From: an uncultured bacterium
GTDB taxonomy: Bacteria > Lindowbacteria > 2-12-FULL-62-27
Direction: 5' to 3'
Length of the DNA stretch: 23,966 nt
NCBI GenBank assembly: GCA_964534765.1
Contig: CAZHRJ010000037.1
Location: forward strand, 1-23,966
Shown here: positions 6,870 through 15,450 of the stretch, piece by piece
Numbering within the stretch: the stretch's first letter is position 1
Layout: each line of letters begins with the position of its first letter
Position numbers and translations under genes: made by a program
The notes under the pieces: generated by a model
What the model was told of the DNA's origin: nothing
What the model saw: only the letters and a program-made list of their open reading frames with translations
The model's database searches: none

Positions 6870-8315
6870 ATGCCTCCGAACGACTTGAGAAACCTCATCC
6901 AGGGAGTATTCAGACAGTTCACGCCGGGATTTGCGTTTGTCTGGACGATCATCTGCGGCATGCTGATCGGGATGGTCATCCTGGTGGAGCCGGCGCGGGA
7001 CGGGTCTACGACATCGGATCCAATGAAGTTGATGGCGGGCTATTTTTCCGAGTCCAAATCCGCGGCGATTTTGATTTTTTCTCTGCTCGGGGCGATGCCA
7101 TGGATTCCACTGGTGCTTGAAAACATTTCGAGGACGGTCACAGACGAGATGGCATCGTCGGGCGTGGCGTACCACCGGGATTTTCATCGCGCGACGAAAT
7201 TATTGAATGAGCGCCGGATCTGGGAGGCTGTTGAAGAGTTCGAATTGCTTCAGAAGGAAATGCCGGACGATCCGGAGCTGCAATTCCAGATTGCGGAAGT
7301 CTACTGGATCGGTCTGGGCGATGCGAAGGAGGGACTGAGACGCTATGGCCGGATCTGGTCCCGGATCCAGAAGCCCGACACACCGCTGCTCGGCGATCAT
7401 ACGTTTTTTTCCGAGCGACCCCTGCCGGTGGCGCTTCGGATGGCCGACATCCACTACCTGAGCCGGGATTTTCAAGGAGCGAAGCGCGTTCTGGAGAATC
7501 TTGTGGCCTCACGAGGCCGAAATCTGGGAGACGCGAGGGAATCGGTTCTCGATCGAATTGAGACCCTCAAGGCATTGGGAACCACCCGGCCTGAGATACT
7601 CGTTCTATTCGACATCGACGGGACACTCTGTCTAACCGGTGGCGCGGGAGGCGGCGCCGTAGGAGCGGCATTCGAGGAGGTGTACGGGAAGCCTGCGGAC
7701 ATCGCAAAGATAGATTTTCGTGGCCGGACAGACATATCGCTCTGGCGGGAATTATTATCCAATCAGGGCATGTCCTATTCGCCGGATGATCCGTATCTAT
7801 CGGCCTTCAAGGACAGCTATCTGGTCCATCTGCGTCGGCTGCTGACGCGATCGAACCCGAAACCGACCCTGGGCGCCGCGCCCCTGTTAGAGCGGCTTGA
7901 GCGGGAACCCGGGGTGGCGATGGGTCTATTGACCGGCAACATCGAGATGGGCGGGCGGATCAAGCTGCAGTCGATCCGACTGAATCGTTTTTTTCCAGTT
8001 GGGGGATTTGGTGAAGACGGGGAGGACCGGTCAGACATCGCGGCGGCGGCGATCGACCGGGCGCAGCGTTATTACGGCGCGAATTTTTCGCCGGATCACA
8101 TTTACGTCGTGGGCGACGCCGCCGCCGACATCGAGGCGGCGCGAAGCGCCGGAGCGAAATCGATAGCCGTCGGGACCGGATGGACAAGCAAGGAGGAATT
8201 GGTGGGCATGGGTCCGGACCTCTACATGGACGATTTCCGGCAATCGACCATTTTTTTGGGCAGGTTGGGTATCAAGGAGCCGACCGGCCATCGACTTTCG
8301 ATCAATCCCACCTGA
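6870..8315 (+). CDS. Membrane-anchored TPR-like domain fused to HAD-superfamily phosphatase (HAD-IA type)
   Basis: There are two hydrophobic segments (FAFVWTIICGMLIGMVILV and AAILIFSLLGAMPWIPLVL), then a TPR-like helical region (RATKLLNERRIWEAVEEFELLQKEMPDDPELQFQIAEVYW). The C-terminal half has HAD motif I (LVLFDIDGTLCLT), a motif II-like LLTGN, and motif IV (VVGDAAADIEAARSAGAKSIAVGTGW). If translation starts at Met31 instead, the first TM segment is lost. Confidence 0.8.
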   Translation: MPPNDLRNLIQGVFRQFTPGFAFVWTIICGMLIGMVILVEPARDGSTTSDPMKLMAGYFSESKSAAILIFSLLGAMPWIPLVLENISRTVTDEMASSGVAYHRDFHRATKLLNERRIWEAVEEFELLQKEMPDDPELQFQIAEVYWIGLGDAKEGLRRYGRIWSRIQKPDTPLLGDHTFFSERPLPVALRMADIHYLSRDFQGAKRVLENLVASRGRNLGDARESVLDRIETLKALGTTRPEILVLFDIDGTLCLTGGAGGGAVGAAFEEVYGKPADIAKIDFRGRTDISLWRELLSNQGMSYSPDDPYLSAFKDSYLVHLRRLLTRSNPKPTLGAAPLLERLEREPGVAMGLLTGNIEMGGRIKLQSIRLNRFFPVGGFGEDGEDRSDIAAAAIDRAQRYYGANFSPDHIYVVGDAAADIEAARSAGAKSIAVGTGWTSKEELVGMGPDLYMDDFRQSTIFLGRLGIKEPTGHRLSINPT

Positions 8316-8345
8316 GGATAGCCAACAAGTATTTCATTCCGAATT

Positions 8346-8374
8346 TTGCGAATTAGATCCTGATGTGGTAGAGT
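8346..8374 (+). promoter_or_regulatory. Candidate sigma70 promoter TTGCGA-N17-TAGAGT upstream of the DEAD-box helicase, implying a ~125-nt 5'UTR
   Basis: The sequence ttTTGCGAattagatcctgatgtggTAGAGTcag matches the -35 at 4/6 and the -10 at 4/6 with a 17-nt spacer. Long 5'UTRs are typical of cold-shock DEAD-box helicase genes. It rests on sequence resemblance only. Confidence 0.35.
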
Positions 8375-8500
8375 CAGTCAGTTTTGACGAACCTCGAGGT
8401 GGCACCCGCTGAATTGCGAATCCTCCTCAGAAGCGGTCCATCAGTTCTCACCGATCGGCCATCACACTTCTTAAGGTTCATCAATAGAGGAGAAAACGAA

Positions 8501-9712
8501 ATGAGATTTGATGAGTTGGGACTCGCTCCGGAGATTCTTCGTGCCGTGTCCGACAAGGGATATGACAATCCAACGGCGATCCAGATCGAGGCCATCCCGC
8601 CGATTCTGCAGGGAAGGGATGCGATCGGCTGTGCGCAGACCGGGACCGGTAAAACCGCCGCGTTCACCCTCCCGATCCTCCATCGGTTTCGGAGTGGCCG
8701 GTCGCCGACGCTTCGGGCGCTGGTTCTTGTGCCCACGCGCGAGCTGGCCGCGCAGGTGAGCCAAAGCATCCGCGCGTACGGTCGATACGTGAAGATCCGA
8801 ACCGAAGTGGTATTTGGCGGTGTGCCGATCAACCCGCAGACAGCGGCGCTGCGCAGCGGAGTGGACATTCTGGTCGCCACCCCCGGCCGGCTGCTGGACC
8901 ACATGCGCCAGGGACATGTGCGGTTCCAACAGCTAGAAGTGCTGGTCATCGACGAAGCGGACCGGATGCTCGACATGGGATTTATTCCGGACGTTCGGAC
9001 CATTCTGAAGAGTCTACCGGCGCGACGCCAGACGCTTTTCTTTTCCGCCACCATGCCGGACCCGATCCAGAGACTGGCGAATGAAATTTTGAATCAGCCG
9101 CAGATGATCAAGGTCGCCGGGCAGGGGACGCCGGCCGACGGTATTCGGCAGGTCGTGTATCCGGTGGATGCCGCGCGCAAGAGGGATCTGCTGCTGCATT
9201 TGATCGAGAAAGAGAAGATGGACCATGTTCTGGTGTTTACGCGAACGAAGCATCGGGCGAATCATCTCGCGCGGCAGCTGGAGAAGTGCGGGAAGCGAGT
9301 AGCGGCCCTGCACGGCAACAAGACCCAGGCCGCGCGAACGCGGGCGCTGGAAGGGTTCCGCAGCGGGGAGATTCAAGTGCTCGTGGCGACCAACATCGCC
9401 GCCCGAGGATTGGACGTCAGGGGAATCTCTCACGTCGTGAACTACGAGTTTCCGGAGGTCCCCGAGGATTATGTCCACCGGGTCGGCCGGACGGCGCGAG
9501 CGGAGTGCACGGGCGACGCGATTTCGTTGATGTCTCCGCCCGAGCGGGAGAATCTTCGGGAAATCGAGCGGCTCATCGGCTCAAAAATTCCACAGATGAC
9601 GATGGCCGGATTTGACTATCGATGCCAGCCGGCCCATCAACCGGCCCCTCCGGCGCCCCCGGGAAATTTCCGGCCCCGCCGGCGGTATGGATATGGAAGG
9701 GGAATGCGTTAA
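8501..9712 (+). CDS. ATP-dependent DEAD-box RNA helicase (RhlE/DeaD-like) with a basic Arg/Gly/Tyr-rich C-terminal tail
   Basis: All core motifs are present. Q motif: FDELGLAPEILRAVSDKGYDNPTAIQ. Motif I: AQTGTGKTAAF. Ia: PTRELA. II: VIDEADRMLDMGF. III: SAT. VI: HRVGRTARA. The C-terminus is PGNFRPRRRYGYGRGMR. The start is placed at the ATG at 8501, which has the SD agAGGAGaaaacgaaATG; the ORF-track start at 8384 has no homology support. Confidence 0.9.
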   Translation: MRFDELGLAPEILRAVSDKGYDNPTAIQIEAIPPILQGRDAIGCAQTGTGKTAAFTLPILHRFRSGRSPTLRALVLVPTRELAAQVSQSIRAYGRYVKIRTEVVFGGVPINPQTAALRSGVDILVATPGRLLDHMRQGHVRFQQLEVLVIDEADRMLDMGFIPDVRTILKSLPARRQTLFFSATMPDPIQRLANEILNQPQMIKVAGQGTPADGIRQVVYPVDAARKRDLLLHLIEKEKMDHVLVFTRTKHRANHLARQLEKCGKRVAALHGNKTQAARTRALEGFRSGEIQVLVATNIAARGLDVRGISHVVNYEFPEVPEDYVHRVGRTARAECTGDAISLMSPPERENLREIERLIGSKIPQMTMAGFDYRCQPAHQPAPPAPPGNFRPRRRYGYGRGMR

Positions 9713-9723
9713 CCCCTTTTTTT
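9699..9723 (+). terminator. Weak candidate intrinsic terminator (GGGG-aatgcgttaa-CCCC followed by T7) overlapping the helicase stop codon
   Basis: The sequence ggggaatgcgttaaccccttttttt has only a 4-bp GC stem and a 10-nt loop, but the 7-T run immediately after is striking in a high-GC genome. Confidence 0.35.
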
Positions 9724-9982
9724 GGCGACTTCCCATCCTTGTCATGCTCCTCTCTTCTTGATATAGCTTCCGGCGATACGCCGAGTGGCCTTCACTTAAA
9801 GGAGGCCAGCGGGGGATGCAGGCAATCCGGGGCAAACCGCGGCTTGGGGCGCACGCTGAAAGAGCGGCGCCGAGGCGGCGGCGGGCAACCTCTCCAGCCC
9901 GCGCCCGACAGCTAACTCCGCAGGCGTACGGAGGGGACGGCGAACACCGGCTGAACAGGTCGACGCGCTGTCCTCAGGACAC

Positions 9983-11929
9983 GTGGTTAGGGTGGCGCGG
10001 ATGACCGAATCAACCAGTCCGGGCGGGGCAAATCCGCCGGCGGAACTACCCCATTCAGATGCTCACTCCACCGGTACAGCCCTGACCGGACTCATGTTAG
10101 GGGCACTGGGCGTGGTGTATGGAGACATCGGCACAAGTCCTCTATACGCGCTTAAGATATGTTTTTCCGGCGCTATCGGAGTGACGCCGACGGAATCGAA
10201 CATCCTGGGTATTCTGTCGCTGGTATTCTGGTCCGTGACGTTTGTTGTGGGAGTCAAATATCTGTTTTTCGTTCTTAGAGCGGATAACCACGGCGAGGGC
10301 GGCATACTGGCTCTGCTGGCGTTGGCTTCCCGCCGGCACAATGGTCGGCCGCCGCCGGGGCCGATTCTGACGCTGTGTCTATTTGCCGCCGCGATGTTGT
10401 TTGGGGATGGGATGATCACGCCCGCGATATCCGTTCTCAGCGCAGTGGAAGGCCTGAGCATTGCGACCCATCGGTTGGAGCCGATCGTTCTACCCCTGAC
10501 AACCGTCATTCTTTGCATTCTGTTTATGGCCCAAAAAAATGGCACGGGGAACATCGGTCGATGGTTTGGACCGATCATGCTGATCTGGTTTGTGACGCTG
10601 GCCGTCATGGGATTGGTCCAGATCTCCGAATGTCCGCACGTGCTCCGGGCGATCAATCCCTGGTATGCTGTCCGATTTCTATTGACGAGCGGCGTCGGTG
10701 GATATGTGGTGCTGGGAGGCGTGTTTTTGTGCATTACCGGTGCGGAGGCGCTGTACGCGGACATGGGACATTTCGGTCGTCCGGCGATCCAAGCTGGATG
10801 GTATGGCCTGGTCATGCCGAGCCTGCTCCTGAATTACTTTGGCCAGGGCGCGCTATTAATTCTTCATCCCGAATCCCGTGAATCTCCCTTTTACTCCATG
10901 GTCCCGCACTGGGGGTTATACCCGCTGGTTGCGTTGGCGACGATGGCGACGATCATCGCATCGCAGGCGTTGATATCCGGCGCATTTTCGCTGAACAGTC
11001 AGGCGATCCAGCTGGGGTACTGTCCGCGTCTCACGGTGATGCACACGTCGCGCGAGCGGGAAGGCCAGATCTACATTCCGGAAGTGAACTGGACGTTGAT
11101 GATCTGCTGTCTGGGGTTGGTGTGGGGATTCAAATCATCCGAGAATCTGGCGAGCGCCTACGGTGTGGCGGTGACGGGAGACATGGTCGCGACGTCGATC
11201 ATCTTTTACATCGTCATGCGCCGCGCCTGGGGCTGGTCCCGATGGAAGGCCGTGCCGATCACGCTGTGTTTTCTGATCGTGGACGTGACATTCCTGGGCG
11301 CGAATCTGTTCAAATTTTTCGAGGGGGGATGGGTTCCCCTGCTGATGGCTTTCTTAATTTTCACATTGATGACGGCCTGGAAAGACGGCCGGAAACGTCT
11401 GGCGGCGCATATTGCGTCCAAGGCGATGCCGCTGGATGAATTTTTAAAGCAGGTGACCGAAAAGAAAACCGTCCGTGTACCGGGTACGGCAGTATTCATG
11501 ACGGCAAATCCGAGGGGCGCGCCACCCATTCTGGTCCATCACTGGCAGAGGGACTCGGCGCTGCACGAGATGGTGGTGCTGCTGTCCATTGTCAGTGAGC
11601 ACATCCCGGCGGTCCCGGCCAAGCACAGAATGGAAGTCAAACCCCTGGGCCAGGGATTTCATCAAGTGATAGCCCGATACGGATACATGCAGACGCCCAA
11701 TGTGCCGCTGATCCTGAAGATGTGTTCCTTTTTCGATCTGGAGATCGGGCAGGAGAAAGTGACCTACTATCTGGGCCGGGAACACCTGATACCATCCGCG
11801 AGCGAAGGGATGTCCTACTATAGAAAGGCGCTGTTTGTTCTCATATCACGCAACACGCGAAGCGCCACCGCTTATTTTGGAATCCCACTGGATCAGGTGG
11901 AGGAACTCGGCATGCAGGTGGAGTTATGA
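9983..11929 (+). CDS. kup: Kup/HAK/KT-family potassium uptake transporter
   Basis: Hallmark GVVYGDIGTSPLYAL motif near the N-terminus, about 12 predicted TM segments, then a large cytoplasmic C-terminal domain. 648 aa total. The probable start is MTESTSP at ~10001. Confidence 0.9.
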   Translation: MVRVARMTESTSPGGANPPAELPHSDAHSTGTALTGLMLGALGVVYGDIGTSPLYALKICFSGAIGVTPTESNILGILSLVFWSVTFVVGVKYLFFVLRADNHGEGGILALLALASRRHNGRPPPGPILTLCLFAAAMLFGDGMITPAISVLSAVEGLSIATHRLEPIVLPLTTVILCILFMAQKNGTGNIGRWFGPIMLIWFVTLAVMGLVQISECPHVLRAINPWYAVRFLLTSGVGGYVVLGGVFLCITGAEALYADMGHFGRPAIQAGWYGLVMPSLLLNYFGQGALLILHPESRESPFYSMVPHWGLYPLVALATMATIIASQALISGAFSLNSQAIQLGYCPRLTVMHTSREREGQIYIPEVNWTLMICCLGLVWGFKSSENLASAYGVAVTGDMVATSIIFYIVMRRAWGWSRWKAVPITLCFLIVDVTFLGANLFKFFEGGWVPLLMAFLIFTLMTAWKDGRKRLAAHIASKAMPLDEFLKQVTEKKTVRVPGTAVFMTANPRGAPPILVHHWQRDSALHEMVVLLSIVSEHIPAVPAKHRMEVKPLGQGFHQVIARYGYMQTPNVPLILKMCSFFDLEIGQEKVTYYLGREHLIPSASEGMSYYRKALFVLISRNTRSATAYFGIPLDQVEELGMQVEL

Positions 11930-12173
11930 AAGACGCATGTCGCCGGCACAGATCTTCCGCGGCCCAAGGGAAAGACAACAGGTTGAGCACTTAGAACCAG
12001 CAGGAGTTGAGGATCTAGAAGGACCTGGGGTTAAAATCTTTTCTGAAGGTTGCTTGATTCTGTCCCTCGGCCTGTTGGACAATGTAGCCGATCGAAACAA
12101 CCCATACTGAATACCAAAAAAGGTTGCGCACCCATATTGAGAGTCGAAATCATCAGCGCGGAGGTGTCGTATC

Positions 12174-12398
12174 ATGTCTGAGATACAGAGTGTGTTTGCG
12201 CCGCTATTGGCAAGCTGGATAGCGATTCCGCTGATTTTTGCAGTCCGGTTCATATCGAGTCTTCTGACGGAGGTACAAACGCTCATGGTCGTGTGGGGTC
12301 GCGTGAAATCAGCGACTTTGCTGGCCGGCGTCGAAGATCTGTTGTACTGGACATCGATCGGTCTGGTCATCCACGAGACCGGTCGGGGGTATCTTTAA
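12174..12398 (+). CDS. Hypothetical small hydrophobic protein (74 aa, one or two TM segments)
   Basis: Good SD (gcGGAGGtgtcgtatcATG). Hydrophobic sequence MSEIQSVFAPLLASWIAIPLIFAVRFISSLL...LLAGVEDLLYWTSIGLVI. It sits in a lower-GC island between the convergent kup and putA genes. No recognisable family. Confidence 0.35.
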   Translation: MSEIQSVFAPLLASWIAIPLIFAVRFISSLLTEVQTLMVVWGRVKSATLLAGVEDLLYWTSIGLVIHETGRGYL

Positions 12399-12480
12399 TG
12401 TCCTGGCGGCAGTGGCGGCGTACATGCTGGCGACCGCGGTAGCGGCGAGAATGAGTTGGGGATTCCGAAAGAGCGGAGAG

Positions 12481-15450
12481 TCAGCTTGAGAGGTCCGGGG
12501 AGAATCCGTGTCTGGAGAGATTTTCCGACAGAGTCAACGGCAGGGCAAACTGAGCCAGATAGTCGGGTCCGCCGGCTTTGGATCCGACGCCGGACGATCT
12601 GTGTCCGCCGAACGGTTGCCGGGCGACGGCGGCACCGGTGACACCGCGGTTGAGATACAGGTTGCCGACGTCGAAAGAGGATTTCGCCAGAGCCAAGTGA
12701 CCCGGATGCCGGGAGAAGACGCCCCCGGTAAGGGCAAAGGGTGTGGCGTTGGCAAGGTCGAGAGCGTCCTCGAAGTTTTTTGCCGAGAGGACGGCGACCA
12801 GGGGCCCGAAAATTTCCTCCTGAGCGATTCGGGATGATCCATTCCGGAGGGCGACGACCGCCGGCGGGACGAAGAATCCCTCCCCGGGCGATCGGCCGGG
12901 ATCAGGCGTGAGGAGCCACTGGCCATCGGATTCAGCGATGCCCCAATAGCGTTTGATTCGGCCGGTGGCGGACTCTTCGATGAGAGGAGAAATCCGGGTG
13001 GCGGGCGATTCGGCGAATCCGATCGGGTAGTGAAGAGCGGCATTGACAAACCTGCGGACGAAGTCATCGAAGATGGATTCGATGAGTATCACGCGGCTGA
13101 GTGCGGAGCATTTCTGCCCGGCGAAATCGAAGGCGGATCGAAGGCATTCGGGGACGGCCAAATCGAGATCGGCGTCGGAGTCGACGATGACGGCGTTTTT
13201 TCCGCCCATTTCCGCGATGACTCGTCGTGGACCGGATGGTGAAAACGGCGCGGAGGCCGCGCGTTTAAGGATTTCCTCGCCGACCGCGCGAGATCCGGTA
13301 AACGCGATCAGATCGACCCCGGGATGTTCGACGAGTTCGGGGCCGATCTCCTCGCCGACTCCCGGCAAGAACTGGAGGACATCGGGCGGGACGCCCGCGT
13401 CCCGATAGATTTCATAGAGCCGATAGGCGATCAGGGGCGTCTGCTCGGCGGGTTTAAAGAGGACGCAATTTCCCATTGCCAGCGCCGCGGCTGTCTGACC
13501 CGCCGGGATGGCGAGCGGAAAGTTCCAAGGACTGATGACGGCGGCGACTCCCCTCGGACGGTGCGCGATGACGTTCGTCTCACCGAGAACATGGGGCTGG
13601 AGTTTTTGGCCCTCCTCCAGACGAATGGCCTGATCGGAATAATATCGGAAATAATCGATCGCCTCCGCCACGTCCGCCAGCGCCTCCTCCCACGGCTTTC
13701 CGGCCTCACAGACTTCCAGCGCGGCCAGTTCGAATCGAAGGCGAAAAATCCTCTCACCCACGAGGCGAAGGATGACCGCGCGGTCGGCTGCCCTTGTTCG
13801 TCCCCACCGGGAGAATGCCTTGCGGGCGATTTCGACCGATTCCCGAACCATCGTCATATCCGCTACCTGGACTTCCGCCACAATCTGTGACGGATGCGAG
13901 GGATTAACCGAGGTCAACATTTTATCCGAGGGTCGGATCCGGCCGTTGATGACGGCGGAAATCCGAGCGGCCGGGCGGCACAATTGCCGTGAAATCGCGT
14001 CCCGCATGCCATGTCGAATCTCCGGCAGATGGAATTCTGGCAGGGAAGTATTTTCGAAAGCTTTCGGCGGAACGGATTCGATTTGAGGCGCGGGGAAAGA
14101 TTCATGGGGATTGCGCAGCAATTCGTCGGGCGGGATGCGGCCCAGCCGGCGAATTTTCAAAAAGGACTCGTTGGAGCTGTTTTCGAGGAGCCGCCGAACC
14201 AGATAAGCCATGCCGGGAATGAGCTCACCGAAAGGCGTGTAGACACGGACCGGGCAGCCGCGGCCGACAAGCACCGCGCGGGTGGCGCGGGCCATGCCGA
14301 ACAGGAACTGGAACTCCAGCCGGCCCGGCGGCGGTGGCATGGATTCAGCGGCAGCCAAAGCCGCGGCGATGCTTCTTAAGTTGTGGCTGGCGACCGCAAG
14401 ACGCATGCGGGGTTCGGCGAGTATGGAGAAGGTCAACCGTTCGAAAGCCGCGTCCGTTTCGAGTTTTCGGAGATAGACCGGCGGCGTCCAATTGTTTCGT
14501 CCGGCACGAATCATTTCGCTGTCCCAGTAAGCGCCCTTGACCAGGCGAACGGTCAGGGGACGGTCATTTTGGCGGCACCAATCGCGAATTCGAAGGCATC
14601 GTCGATCGGCATCCCGCAGATAGGCCTGGAGGACGACGCCGATATCGGACACGGATCTAAATTCAGGTTCCTCAAATAAATTGAGGAGCAAATCGAGGGT
14701 CATGTCGCACACGAGGTAATCTTCTGCGTCGAAGTGCAGGAACGTCCGCCGGCCGGTGTCGGAGACGCTGATCCGGCCGGCGGCCAGCCGAAGGATGGCG
14801 CGGAGTCTTGGCAAGAGCCTGGCCGCGACCTCGACCGGATCGATCGGATCGAAAAAGGAGGTGAGTGCCGAACACTTGATGGAGAGGTTGATCTGGCCGA
14901 TGTATTTGTCGCGTAGAGAAAAGTCGGTCAATTTTCGGATGGTCGAGAGGACCGTCTCCAGGTTGTCATCCGCCTGTTTTTCGGACAGTGTGGCTTCGCC
15001 GAGGAAATCGACCGAGGCCGTAAGCTTCCGGGAGGCCAATTCGATGATTGTCCCGGCCACTTCCTCCGCGGTTTCTCCACCGATGAACCGCCGGGCCATT
15101 TTTTTCATGAGAAACCGGACGGCGGCCGATATGGCTCCGGCCGTCAGAAGCCCTCCGGACCACCGGAGGCCGGTTTGGAGGGGCAGGGGGAGGCGATGAT
15201 CGTCATGGGGGAAGAAGTGTTTGAGATGGTCGAGGATGTCGCGATCAGATTGGAGAGACGGGAATACGTCTATAAACTGGAGGATGCGGCGTTTTCTTTC
15301 CGGATCGGACAAGCTCCAGTCGAGGATCTGATCTTCCCAGGAAGATCCGATCGAGAGTTCGCGTTCCTGCCGATCGACATCGAGGAGAAGCCGGCGCGCG
15401 ATTTCCGCGATCCGGGATTCGACGCGGGTTGTGTCGGGAGTGGAACTCAT
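12481..15450 (-). CDS. putA: Bifunctional proline dehydrogenase / delta-1-pyrroline-5-carboxylate dehydrogenase (PutA, form lacking the N-terminal DNA-binding domain)
   Basis: The N-terminal half has a PRODH TIM-barrel (VLQAYLRDADRRCLRIRDWCRQNDRPLTVRLVKGAYWDSE). The C-terminal half has an ALDH with catalytic Glu (VIAEMGGKNAVIVDSDADLD) and Cys (FAGQKCSALSRVIL), plus a Rossmann FTGSRAVGEEI. Length is ~990 aa. The track's first codon is TTG at 15453; the ATG at 15450 overlaps the cca stop (TGATG). Confidence 0.9.
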   Translation of the reverse strand: MSSTPDTTRVESRIAEIARRLLLDVDRQERELSIGSSWEDQILDWSLSDPERKRRILQFIDVFPSLQSDRDILDHLKHFFPHDDHRLPLPLQTGLRWSGGLLTAGAISAAVRFLMKKMARRFIGGETAEEVAGTIIELASRKLTASVDFLGEATLSEKQADDNLETVLSTIRKLTDFSLRDKYIGQINLSIKCSALTSFFDPIDPVEVAARLLPRLRAILRLAAGRISVSDTGRRTFLHFDAEDYLVCDMTLDLLLNLFEEPEFRSVSDIGVVLQAYLRDADRRCLRIRDWCRQNDRPLTVRLVKGAYWDSEMIRAGRNNWTPPVYLRKLETDAAFERLTFSILAEPRMRLAVASHNLRSIAAALAAAESMPPPPGRLEFQFLFGMARATRAVLVGRGCPVRVYTPFGELIPGMAYLVRRLLENSSNESFLKIRRLGRIPPDELLRNPHESFPAPQIESVPPKAFENTSLPEFHLPEIRHGMRDAISRQLCRPAARISAVINGRIRPSDKMLTSVNPSHPSQIVAEVQVADMTMVRESVEIARKAFSRWGRTRAADRAVILRLVGERIFRLRFELAALEVCEAGKPWEEALADVAEAIDYFRYYSDQAIRLEEGQKLQPHVLGETNVIAHRPRGVAAVISPWNFPLAIPAGQTAAALAMGNCVLFKPAEQTPLIAYRLYEIYRDAGVPPDVLQFLPGVGEEIGPELVEHPGVDLIAFTGSRAVGEEILKRAASAPFSPSGPRRVIAEMGGKNAVIVDSDADLDLAVPECLRSAFDFAGQKCSALSRVILIESIFDDFVRRFVNAALHYPIGFAESPATRISPLIEESATGRIKRYWGIAESDGQWLLTPDPGRSPGEGFFVPPAVVALRNGSSRIAQEEIFGPLVAVLSAKNFEDALDLANATPFALTGGVFSRHPGHLALAKSSFDVGNLYLNRGVTGAAVARQPFGGHRSSGVGSKAGGPDYLAQFALPLTLSENLSRHGFSPDLSS

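Noticed and set aside
9816-10004. 62-aa ORF with a strong SD (AAAGGAGG) in the kup leader
   Set aside because: The product is extremely Arg-rich (PRRRRATSPARAR) and overlaps the probable kup start. It is more likely part of a structured/regulatory leader than a real protein, though a leader peptide cannot be excluded.
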